64,000 bases of DNA from Terracidiphilus sp. (lineage in GTDB: Bacteria; Acidobacteriota; Terriglobia; Terriglobales; Acidobacteriaceae): contig JBEKUK010000004.1 in NCBI GenBank assembly GCA_049515155.1, forward strand, positions 24,032-88,031, given 5' to 3'. Shown here piece after piece: positions 56,582-64,000 of the stretch; the first letter of the stretch is position 1; every line of letters starts with the position of its first letter. The position numbers and the translations under genes are program-made. The notes beneath the pieces are model-generated. The model searched no databases. It was given only the letters and a program-made list of their open reading frames with translations, and was not told the DNA's origin.

Positions 56582-57241
56582 ATGGCCATCATCGTCGTGG
56601 GTGGAAGCAGTCGTGGGTCGGGCAAGACTTCGCTTGTCTGCGGGCTGATTTCGGCTCTCAAGGAATTTAGCTGGAACGCAGTGAAAATCACCACGCTGGA
56701 ACCTGCGCCCGGAACTCATTCGACGCTACGTCCAATACCGCAGCAAGCTCCTGACAGCTCTACAGTGCATTCGCAGGACAACAGGCTCTGGGAAGAGACG
56801 CGTGCCGGAGAGGAGAACGACACCGAGCGCTATCTGGCGGCCGGCGCGGCACGATCGTTTCTCGCCATTCCATCGACGACCGGCGATCCACCGACGCCAA
56901 GGCTCGGTGATCTGCTCAATGAATTGTGGCCGCATTTCGGGCGAGGCAGCAGCTTTATCTTCGAATCGAATAGCGTGGTGCATCACGTTCACCCCAACGT
57001 TTGCCTGATGATTCACTCAACCTCCAAGCGTGCGCTGCGTTTGCCGGATCGCGAACCTTCGTTTGTGGCGGCGGTTAGCCATGCAGATGCAATGGTGGCC
57101 GTTGCTGAGCGAGAGGAACTAATTCCGCACGGCATCAGTTTGCCGAGTCACGAGCCAATTCCGGTGTTTTATCTGACCGATCTTGGCAAGGTTTCCTTCG
57201 AGATGCTGGAGTGGGTGCGGCTGAACCTGCGACATGGTTGA
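56582..57241 (+). CDS. P-loop NTPase-like hypothetical protein (MobB-like Walker A)
   Basis: MAIIVVGGSSRGSGKTSLVCGLISALK has a Walker-A-like SGKT at the extreme N-terminus. The remainder has no family I can recognise. It starts 19 nt after the lpxD stop codon. Confidence 0.58.
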   Translation: MAIIVVGGSSRGSGKTSLVCGLISALKEFSWNAVKITTLEPAPGTHSTLRPIPQQAPDSSTVHSQDNRLWEETRAGEENDTERYLAAGAARSFLAIPSTTGDPPTPRLGDLLNELWPHFGRGSSFIFESNSVVHHVHPNVCLMIHSTSKRALRLPDREPSFVAAVSHADAMVAVAEREELIPHGISLPSHEPIPVFYLTDLGKVSFEMLEWVRLNLRHG

Positions 57242-57554
57242 AGCGAAGGCGCAATCTTCAGGTTCGAGACGATCTCGCGCAATCGAGGAGATTTCAAGCC
57301 GGCCCTCCGGGACGGCAAGACCACCACGGGTTTCACCCGTGGCTATCGTCATGCTCTCCCTCCGGATGAATCTTTCGGGATTGAGCCGTATACAGCGCTA
57401 GACCACGGGTGCCTACTGTCCGCGGGAGCAAACATGTTCTCGAAGCGGTTCGCCGGGCGTCTCGTTATCTTACAAAGCGCCCGATTCGAGCTTTTCCCGC
57501 TACCGTTTGAATCAGATTTGGGCTCGGAAACGAATGCGATAGGAGTGGAATTTG

Positions 57555-57632
57555 GCTTTCTGTAAAAAAGTCGCCTTTTTTCAATAAGATAGATAGGGGT
57601 TAGCGGGGTGGTCTTCCCCGATCCCCTGCCGT
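57555..57632 (-). repeat. Possible degenerate, internally deleted third copy of the 250-bp element
   Basis: The reverse complement, cggcaggggatcggggaagaccaccccgctaacccctatctatcttattgaaaaaaggcgacttttttacagaaagcc, resembles two parts of copy 1: gggcagaaaggggcaacatcgtcccgtaaccccttatc, and (after the region absent here) ctatctatctgaaaacaaagaagttctttacagaaataccc. The central 30-mer region is absent. Confidence 0.3.
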
Positions 57633-57895
57633 CGGACGGACGCTGGCTTTTCGCTTGCAGGAGATTTGTGGTGTTCCATTCATTCCGCAGTGAGAATTTG
57701 GCATAACTGGGGCGCCGGGCAGCGGGCTGAGAGATGTCTGCACAGGTGCAGCAGGTTAGCGCCCGCTTCGCGGGCATTGCGAGTTAGCGAGTTCGCGGCG
57801 AGGTGGTTGACCCAGTGCATCGGCAGGGTGAAAGAGTGGACCTCATGTCGTCTGGGGTACGCGCCCGAGGGGAACAGGCGTGAAGATGAGTACAT

Positions 57896-58117
57896 TTACT
57901 TTTCGGTGGGGAAGGGTTCGGGTTTGAGGGAGCCGTCCCGCTGCTTGAGGAGGATCTGCACTTTTCCTTCAGCGGCGTCGAGTTCCTGCTTGCAGAGGGC
58001 GGAGAGCCCAACGCCCTCTTCGAAGAGCTTGATGGACTTTTCGAGGGGCAGATCGCCTTTTTCGAGTTGATCGACGATGGTTTCGAGCTTCTTCAACGAA
58101 TCTTCAAACGTGGGCAT
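57896..58117 (-). CDS. xseB: Exodeoxyribonuclease VII small subunit
   Basis: MPTFEDSLKKLETIVDQLEKGDLPLEKSIKLFEEGVGLSALCKQEL is the canonical XseB sequence. Confidence 0.9.
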   Translation of the reverse strand: MPTFEDSLKKLETIVDQLEKGDLPLEKSIKLFEEGVGLSALCKQELDAAEGKVQILLKQRDGSLKPEPFPTEK

Positions 58118-58339
58118 CAGCTGGCTCCGATGGTGTATTCGAGCAGCAAAGCATTTTGGCTCCGCAACGACGGGGAGGCCATTACGGCCACGCGACTGTG
58201 TGAATCATATCCGAATGGTGCGCCAACTTTGCGGCAACTGGTTTCCGGGAAGTGAGCGCCGTCCCTATGGGGCTGGATATGAATTGTTGGTTCCGCTTAC
58301 CCCACGCTGAAGCGCGGGGCTAATAAACACTGCGCCTAC

Positions 58340-58420
58340 GGCGCGAGCGACGGGCAGGCTCCGGGGCACCCAGCGGAATGCGCGATTTAGGCTTCCCAGT
58401 TTCCGGAATCGAGACCCTTC
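58340..58420. repeat. Degenerate REP-like remnant (locus 5)
   Basis: gcgagcgacgggcaggctccggggcaccc and ggcttcccagtttccggaatcgagaccc resemble decayed copies of the REP modules. Confidence 0.3.
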
Positions 58421-58453
58421 GACATGCTCAGGGCCGGCTTTGGGGCATTGAAG

Positions 58454-60331
58454 TTACTCCGCTGTGCAGGTTTCGGGCTTGGGCAAGACGTTGGCGATGA
58501 CTTCGGCAGCGACGGCATAGCGTCCGAATGGAGCGCTGACCTGAACGCCCTGCACGAGGGGGCGCACCGCTTCGAGCATCTCCTGGGCGATTATGACGCC
58601 TTCCTTGCGGGCGGCGTCGGGGGTGTCGGCCTGGGCCATGCGCAGCATGATCTCTTCAGGCATGGAGACGCGCAGATCGTTCTTCATAAACTCGGCATTG
58701 CGCAGGCTGGTGAGCGGCCAGATGCCGGCGATGACCGGGATGCGGAATTCGCGAATGCGCTCGAGGAAGACTTCAAGCAGGCGCAGGTCGAAGACGGGCT
58801 GGGTGATGGCGTACTCGGCGCCGGCCTCAACTTTGTAGCGGAAGCGGCGGAGTTCGTTCTCGATGTCGGGCACGCCGGGATTGGCGGCTACACCGATGGT
58901 GAGGTTGGTGCTGGCGCCGATGGAGTTGGCGCCGATGTCGAGTCCGTGATTGAGCCGGTGCACGATGTTGACGAGACCGATGGCATCGACGTCAAACACG
59001 GCAGTTGCATCCGGATAGTTGCCGAGTTTGGGCGGATCGCCGGTGAGGCAGAGGATATTGTGCAGTCCGATGGAGGAGGCTCCGAGCAAATCGGATTGAA
59101 TGGACAAAATATTGCGGTCGCGGCAGGTGTAATGAAGGATGGTTTCGATGGAGGTGTGCTGCTGGATCTGGATGCAGAGGCTTTGCGCGCTCATACGGGC
59201 AGAGGCGCGCGGCGAATCGGGGACATTGATGGCATTGACGCCGAGGCCGGCGAGGAGGCGCGCGCCGTCGATTTCCCTGGCACAGTTAATGCCCTTGGGG
59301 GGCACGATTTCGACGAGGGTGACGAATTCGCCGTTTTCGATGCGCGATCCGATGAGGGAACGGCGGCCGAGCGGTGCAGGCGGCGTTTCGGTATTCAAAA
59401 CGGGCGTTGCACCGGCGCTTTCGACGCGGCTTTGCGCATCGATGGCGCGCATGGCCGAGCGCATGGCGCGAATGTGATTCGGCGTGGTTCCGCAGCAGCC
59501 GCCCACGATCTGGGCACCGGCGGCGATGGCCTTGCGAGCGAAGCTGGCCATGTATTCCGGCGAACAGAGGTAGATGTTGCGCCCTTCGACAGCACGGGGC
59601 ATGCCGGCATTGGGCATGGCGGCGAGGGGAAGGTTGGTGGCTTTGCGCATGGCTTCAAGCGCGGTGAGGACGGTGGCCGGTCCGGTGGAGCAGTTGACGC
59701 CGATGGCACCCGCGCCCCATTCGGTGAGGAGGGCGGCGGCTTGCTCGGGAGACGAACCATCGAGGCAGTTGCTTTCGTCGTCGACGGTGACCATGACAAG
59801 GACGGGAAGTTCGGGAGCCATTTCGCGCGCGGCGACGAGGGCTTCGCGGGCTTCATTGAGGGCAGGCATGGTCTCGATGATGAGCATGTCTGCGCCGGCG
59901 CCGGCGAGGGCGCTGATCTGCTCGGCGAAGGCGGCGCGGGCTTCATCGAGGCCGGTTTTTCCGAGGGGTTCGAGACGGACGCCTATGGGACCGACGGAAC
60001 CGGCGACCCAGGCATCGGCGGCTTGCTTGTCTTTGAGGTGGTCGACGGCCTGGCGGGCCAGGCGGACGCCGGCGGCATTGATCTCGGCGACTTTTTCGGC
60101 AAGGCCGTGGCGAGTGAGACGAAAGCGATTGGCGCCGAAGGTATTGGTCTCGAGGATTTCCGCGCCGGCCTGGAGGTAATCCTCATGAATGGAGAGGATC
60201 AGACCGGGGTCAGAGAGGTTGAGCTCGTCGTAACAGCGATTGATGAAAATGCCGCGGCTATAGAGGACAGTTCCCATGGCGCCGTCGGCAAGAACCGAAC
60301 GGTTGGCAAAGATGTCGGCGAATTGGGTCAT
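58454..60331 (-). CDS. Bifunctional homocysteine S-methyltransferase / 5,10-methylenetetrahydrofolate reductase
   Basis: GGAGGA RBS before ATG 60331. The N half, ADGAMGTVLY...ILETNTFGAN...GVNC, is the homocysteine-binding (Hcy S-methyltransferase) domain. The C half, FVTLVEIVPPKG...LHYTCRDRN...CLTGDPP, is MTHFR-like. Confidence 0.87.
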   Translation of the reverse strand: MTQFADIFANRSVLADGAMGTVLYSRGIFINRCYDELNLSDPGLILSIHEDYLQAGAEILETNTFGANRFRLTRHGLAEKVAEINAAGVRLARQAVDHLKDKQAADAWVAGSVGPIGVRLEPLGKTGLDEARAAFAEQISALAGAGADMLIIETMPALNEAREALVAAREMAPELPVLVMVTVDDESNCLDGSSPEQAAALLTEWGAGAIGVNCSTGPATVLTALEAMRKATNLPLAAMPNAGMPRAVEGRNIYLCSPEYMASFARKAIAAGAQIVGGCCGTTPNHIRAMRSAMRAIDAQSRVESAGATPVLNTETPPAPLGRRSLIGSRIENGEFVTLVEIVPPKGINCAREIDGARLLAGLGVNAINVPDSPRASARMSAQSLCIQIQQHTSIETILHYTCRDRNILSIQSDLLGASSIGLHNILCLTGDPPKLGNYPDATAVFDVDAIGLVNIVHRLNHGLDIGANSIGASTNLTIGVAANPGVPDIENELRRFRYKVEAGAEYAITQPVFDLRLLEVFLERIREFRIPVIAGIWPLTSLRNAEFMKNDLRVSMPEEIMLRMAQADTPDAARKEGVIIAQEMLEAVRPLVQGVQVSAPFGRYAVAAEVIANVLPKPETCTAE

Positions 60332-60545
60332 GCTTCCTCCATGGTAAGGCCACGGGAAGGGAAGTGGGTCGGCACAGGTCCGCTTTGTTATACTTCGGGA
60401 GTTATAAGCTTGGTAGAAACCGGTTTCAACGCGGCGCGCTTTTCGGGGTGCGGCGCTGTTTTTGCACTGTCTTGCGGGCCGGTATCGACACCAAAAATGA
60501 TTCATGCAGCGGCACGTTCCGCGTTCATCAACGAGGTAAGGGATT

Positions 60546-62006
60546 TTGAATAAGAGAAGTCTTTGGATGTGCGCGGCCGCGGCGCTCGTTGTGGCTGCGA
60601 CGCTGGCCGGCTGCGGCGGCACCACCTATTTTGCGGGCAGGAATCTGCCACCCAGCGGACTGACGAACCGAGTGATGATTGCAGTGCAAAATCCCAGCGC
60701 ATTCGCCAAGGGATCGATGACCTTCGTCGACGCTTACTACGATGTGCGGAGCGGATACAGCGGCAAACCGGCGAGCTACTCGATTTCAGGCTATTCGGGC
60801 GCGCTGCCTTTGACGATTCAGAATATGCCGGAAGAGCAAGCTGGTTATGTTTATGGGTCGGGCGATGGCAGCTTTACGCCGGTCAGCTATGCCAAGGAAG
60901 ACACAAGCGGAGCTGTGAGCGGATTGAATGCGCTTTCATCGAGCATTTTTGTGACGCGCAGCCAGAATTACGTATTTGCTGCGAGTCAGGGCTCGCATGT
61001 TTTTACGATCGTGGACCGGACGGTGAATGGGAGCTACGCGCTGGGCTTGCCCGGGGTTTACAGGACGAGCACGAATCCGGGCGGCACGATGGCGATTGCC
61101 TTCGTCGAGAACTCGAATTATGCCTACTATCCGGTGAAGCTTTCGGCTACGCAGACGACGAATTTCTCGGGCGGGCCTGGCACGTGGCCCAAGGCGGCGG
61201 TTGATTGCGAGCCACAGTCGGCGCCGGCGTGGTGTCTTTTCCAGATGCAGAGCCCGGACAGCGTGGATGCGGCGGGATTTCATTATGGGGCTCCGTTATC
61301 GTTCGATCGGCCGGTGAAGGCGGTGTTTTCAAAGGACGGTGGAACGGCTTATGTGCTGAACTGCGGGCCGGAGTGCGGTGGGTCGATTGCGTCGGTTACG
61401 CCGGTGCCCGTGGCTCCGATGATTTTTGCGGTGGGACAGGGGTCAGGACTTTTACCGACCAACGCCTCGCTTGCAGCGTCGACACTGGCGATTCCAGGCG
61501 GGGCTAGCAATGCGCTTGTCGATTCCTCCACGATGTATGTTGTTGGACAGCAGCCTCAGTCGATCGGCGGACAGACCCTCTATGGGGGCAACCTGACGGT
61601 GGTGAACCTGAGCAATTTCACGGTGACGAGTTCCGTGGCGATCAGCGACGGGCAACCGGGGGCTCCGAGCCGAATGCTCGAGGCCGACAACGATACCCTG
61701 TGGATCGCCATGACAAAATGCAACAACGGCGTGCGCGCGGCGACGGGGCAGGCTTATGGCTGCTTAACCATGTACAACACGTCGACGAACTCGGTTACGA
61801 TGCTTGAGCCGTATCTTGGCGACGCAACCGGCATTGCGGCGGTGACGGGGCTGAACAAGATCTACACCGCCGAGGGTGGACAGGTGTATATCTACAAGAC
61901 TGCCGATGGAACCGCGCTGGACAACCAGTTCGTGACGGTGACGGGAACTGCGTACGACGTGGCGTATATGGATGCGACGACGGACGCGAACAACACCGTT
62001 TACTGA
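60546..62006 (+). CDS. Lipoprotein, putative beta-propeller (YncE/YVTN-like)
   Basis: Lipobox VAATLAGC. Repeated strands of the type YVFAASQGSHVFTIVD, AYVLNCGPECGG, MYVVGQQP, LWIAMTKCNNG and IYTAEGGQVYIY. The start is TTG 60546 or ATG 60567. Confidence 0.68.
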   Translation: MNKRSLWMCAAAALVVAATLAGCGGTTYFAGRNLPPSGLTNRVMIAVQNPSAFAKGSMTFVDAYYDVRSGYSGKPASYSISGYSGALPLTIQNMPEEQAGYVYGSGDGSFTPVSYAKEDTSGAVSGLNALSSSIFVTRSQNYVFAASQGSHVFTIVDRTVNGSYALGLPGVYRTSTNPGGTMAIAFVENSNYAYYPVKLSATQTTNFSGGPGTWPKAAVDCEPQSAPAWCLFQMQSPDSVDAAGFHYGAPLSFDRPVKAVFSKDGGTAYVLNCGPECGGSIASVTPVPVAPMIFAVGQGSGLLPTNASLAASTLAIPGGASNALVDSSTMYVVGQQPQSIGGQTLYGGNLTVVNLSNFTVTSSVAISDGQPGAPSRMLEADNDTLWIAMTKCNNGVRAATGQAYGCLTMYNTSTNSVTMLEPYLGDATGIAAVTGLNKIYTAEGGQVYIYKTADGTALDNQFVTVTGTAYDVAYMDATTDANNTVY

Positions 62007-62009
62007 GCC

Positions 62010-62753
62010 ATGGAAGCCGCCGCCGATCGCTCCCACGAATCTGATGCGGTAGATATTCTTGCGATCGCCGCGCACCGCGACGATGTGGAACAGACCTGCG
62101 GTGGAACGCTGCTCCGGATGGCTTCGCGCGGGCTGCGTACGGGCATCCTCGATCTGACTCAAGGGGAAGCAGGCACGCGGGGCAGCGCCGCAGAACGGGC
62201 GCAGGAAGCGGCGGAGGCAGCGCGGTTGCTGGGCGTGAGCTGGCGTCAGGCGCTGGATCTTCCCGACGGCGCAATCGAGAACACTTTCGAGAATCGAGTG
62301 AAGATTGCACGAGTGCTGCGGGTATTGCGGCCGCGCGTGGTGATTTTGCCTTACTGGCAGGGACGGCATCCCGATCACGCTACGACCGGGACGCTGGGGT
62401 ACGATGCGTGCTTTGTTTCAGGTCTTGCGAAGGTCGACACCGGAGCTCTGCCGCATCGACCTTTCAAGATTGTGTACGCGAGCCTGTATGCGGATGTGCG
62501 GCCATCGTTCGTCGTGGACATTACGCCGTTCATCGAACAGCGACATAACGCGCTCATGGCGTACAAGTCGCAGTATGCGAATCAGACAGCGGGGACCGGT
62601 CTGTTTGTTCCGGAGGAAGAGATTCGCGAGCGCACGTTTGCGGAGGCGCGGCACTACGGCCTGTTGGCGGGCGCTCGTTACGGCGAGCCGTTTGTGCAAA
62701 GGGAAGTGGGGCTGGTGGACGATTTGACGCTGGTGCCGGTTCAATCGATCTGA
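62010..62753 (+). CDS. bshB1: PIG-L/LmbE family deacetylase, BshB1-like
   Basis: VDILAIAAHRDDVEQTCGGTLLR, GILDLTQGEAGTRG and GRHPDHATTG resemble the bacillithiol-pathway deacetylase BshB1 (recognised from memory, not searched). Confidence 0.75.
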   Translation: MEAAADRSHESDAVDILAIAAHRDDVEQTCGGTLLRMASRGLRTGILDLTQGEAGTRGSAAERAQEAAEAARLLGVSWRQALDLPDGAIENTFENRVKIARVLRVLRPRVVILPYWQGRHPDHATTGTLGYDACFVSGLAKVDTGALPHRPFKIVYASLYADVRPSFVVDITPFIEQRHNALMAYKSQYANQTAGTGLFVPEEEIRERTFAEARHYGLLAGARYGEPFVQREVGLVDDLTLVPVQSI

Positions 62754-62868
62754 TTTTTGGCTGCGGCCGGCCCACTCGATGTGTATAACCATTCATGATC
62801 GAAACTAAAAGAATAATAAGTTTGTGTTATGAACGCTTTGTTGAGGACACTGTGTGTAGAGGTGTTCG

Positions 62869-63636
62869 ATGACCCAGACTTGGGACGCGCAGGCCTATGG
62901 GGAAAATGGCTCATTTGTGCATGAACTTGCCAGCGGTGTGGTCGATTGGCTGGCAGCGCAGCCGGGAGAAGAAATACTCGACCTGGGCTGCGGCGATGGA
63001 CAGCTGAGTGTGCGATTGGCTGCGGGCGGAGCCAAGGTCCGGGGCGTGGATGCTTCGGCGGGGATGGTGGAGTCGGCGCGTTCACGGGGCGTTGCCGCCG
63101 AGCAGGGGAGTGCCGAGGCGCTGCCGTTTGGCGAGGCGCGGTTTGACGCCGTGTTTTCGAATGCCGTTCTGCATTGGGTACGCGATCAAGACGCGATGAT
63201 GCGCGAAGTGCACCGTGTGCTCCGGCCCGGTGGGCGGTTTGTGGCCGAGATGGGCGGCTACGGCAATGTAGCGGCTATTCTCGTGGGTCTGACGGCCGTG
63301 CTGGCGCGCCATGGTTATGAAAACCTGGAAGACGGTGTGAACTACTATCCCACCGCCGAGGCCTATACGCGCCGGCTCAACCGGCACGGATTTCAGGTGC
63401 AGCGGATCGCGCTGATTCCGCGTCCCACGCCGCTGGCGAAAGGCGGGATGAAGGGCTGGCTGCGGACGTTTCGCAGCGGCGTGCTGGCGGGGCTACCGGA
63501 GGGGATTCGCGAGACCGTGGTGGACGAGACGACGGCGCCGCTGGCGACGGCTTTGCGCGACGAGGAAGGGAACTGGATCGCCGATTATGTGCGCTTGCGC
63601 TTCGTAGCCACCTGCGGTGGGGCAGGCGCTCTCTAA
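62869..63636 (+). CDS. Class I SAM-dependent methyltransferase (Tam/trans-aconitate-methyltransferase-like)
   Basis: WDAQAYGENGSFV, ILDLGCGDGQLS (motif I), FDAVFSNAVLHWV and LRPGGRFV. The last 9-10 codons and the stop lie inside a REP element. Confidence 0.85.
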   Translation: MTQTWDAQAYGENGSFVHELASGVVDWLAAQPGEEILDLGCGDGQLSVRLAAGGAKVRGVDASAGMVESARSRGVAAEQGSAEALPFGEARFDAVFSNAVLHWVRDQDAMMREVHRVLRPGGRFVAEMGGYGNVAAILVGLTAVLARHGYENLEDGVNYYPTAEAYTRRLNRHGFQVQRIALIPRPTPLAKGGMKGWLRTFRSGVLAGLPEGIRETVVDETTAPLATALRDEEGNWIADYVRLRFVATCGGAGAL

Positions 63637-63860
63637 TCGCTCGCAGGAAGGGAGTGCTTTCCCAGGTCTGAGAATCCAGACCTGGGGCACCCGCCACCTG
63701 CGGTGGGGCAGACGCTCGCTAGCCGCTCGCATGAGGGAGTGCTTTCCCACCAATTTCACGATGAGACTGTGAAACCACCTCGGTGGGGCAGGCGCTCGCT
63801 GTTCGCTCGCAAAGGGGGTAGGGCTTTCCCAGGTCTGAGAATCCAATCCTGGGCACCCGG
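63608..63860. repeat. REP/BIME-like array (locus 6): three direct copies of module A interleaved with hairpin modules
   Basis: ccacctgcggtggggcag(a/g)cgctc occurs at about 63609, 63693 and, with one mismatch (ccacctcggtgg), at about 63775. The hairpin cccaggtctg-agaatc-cagacctggg is at 63661-63686, with a second, imperfect copy at about 63828-63853. tttcccaccaatttcacgatgagactgtgaaa is at 63743-63774. Confidence 0.72.
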
Positions 63861-63885
63861 CAATGCGCTGGGAGGCTATTCGGCT

Positions 63886-64000
63886 GCGAGGATTCCTGAG
63901 CGGAAGAGTAGACCGGCCACTGCGCCGCCGAGGGTTGGAAAGACCAGGAAGACCCACAGTTGTTGAATTGCCAAGCCGCCGACGAAGACCGCGGGGCCGA
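63886..64000 (-). CDS. aqpZ: Aquaporin/MIP family channel, C-terminal fragment (5' end outside the window)
   Basis: Reverse-strand translation GPAVFVGGLAIQQLWVFLVFPTLGGAVAGLLFRSGILAAE* matches the conserved last TM helix of AqpZ-type channels. Stop codon (TAG on the minus strand) at 63886-63888. This ORF is not in the track because its start lies outside the window. Confidence 0.7.

Noticed and set aside
57707-57790. TPP-riboswitch-like start (ctggggcgcc...ggctgagag)
   Set aside because: Only the first helix and the CUGAGA box resemble the THI element. The pyrophosphate-sensor half (ACCUGAUCUGGAUAAUGCCAGCG-type) is not present, and no thiamine gene lies downstream on that strand.
57823-57840. 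RNase P RNA-like motif ggcagggtgaaagagtgg
   Set aside because: The universally conserved GAGGAAAGUCCGGGC and ACAGAA.CCGGCUUA regions are absent from the surrounding 650 bp on either strand.
60332-60545. Possible SAM or cobalamin riboswitch in the 214-nt divergent region upstream of the HMT/MTHFR gene
   Set aside because: I could not find the SAM-I core (GAGGGA...GGCCC...GCAACC), a convincing SAM-II pseudoknot signature or a B12 box (GCCACTG). A cmsearch would be needed, so no call is made.
58424-60553. 709-aa ORF on the plus strand
   Set aside because: It is antisense to the HMT/MTHFR gene, whose translation has clear family motifs. The G/A/D-rich shadow composition spans the real gene's RBS and start.
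1-64000. Prophage, integrative element or genomic island
   Set aside because: I recognised no integrase, transposase, recombinase, phage structural gene or tRNA attachment site anywhere in the window. The AT-richer gaps are short and explained by repeats or candidate RNAs.

Overview
GC-rich bacterial chromosomal segment. It is most likely Acidobacteriota (Terriglobia-like). This is an inference from a VWFA-related acidobacterial-type domain, a PadR plus permease-prefix-like gene pair, many lipoprotein beta-propellers and abundant REP-type hairpin repeats. About 55 protein-coding genes are supported. Most are housekeeping: tsf (partial), pyrH, guaA, yicC-gmk-rpoZ-coaBC, priA, dcd, an lpxL-like gene plus lpxD, an msbA-like ABC exporter, ugd/uxs, xseB, ppiD-like, HU/IHF, a family-4 UDG, ppgK-like, a fused HMT/MTHFR, a bshB1-like gene and an aquaporin (partial). 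I recognised no rRNA, tRNA, CRISPR array, transposase, integrase or phage gene. Many long ORFs in the track are antisense shadows of real genes, as expected for high-GC DNA. Observations worth a second look: (1) a cluster at 22.0-29.7 kb in which one unassigned secreted module of about 380 aa occurs three times, once fused to a VWFA-related domain, followed by a POTRA-only protein with no barrel; (2) four tandem small signal-anchored paralogues with a conserved helical C-terminus at 35.3-37.3 kb; (3) an intergenic element of about 250 bp present as two well-conserved inverted copies (26.6 kb and 46.2-46.4 kb), plus a possible degenerate third copy at 57.6 kb; (4) two terminator-bearing modules of about 80 nt, 260 nt apart at 53.2 and 53.4 kb, with a compensatory base-pair change, which makes them candidate sRNAs; (5) a modular REP/BIME-like repeat family at six or more gene ends, including a MITE-like unit with inverted termini and a tandem 37-mer; (6) three tandem lactonase-type beta-propeller lipoproteins. 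All family assignments come from reading the translations by eye. No database search was run.
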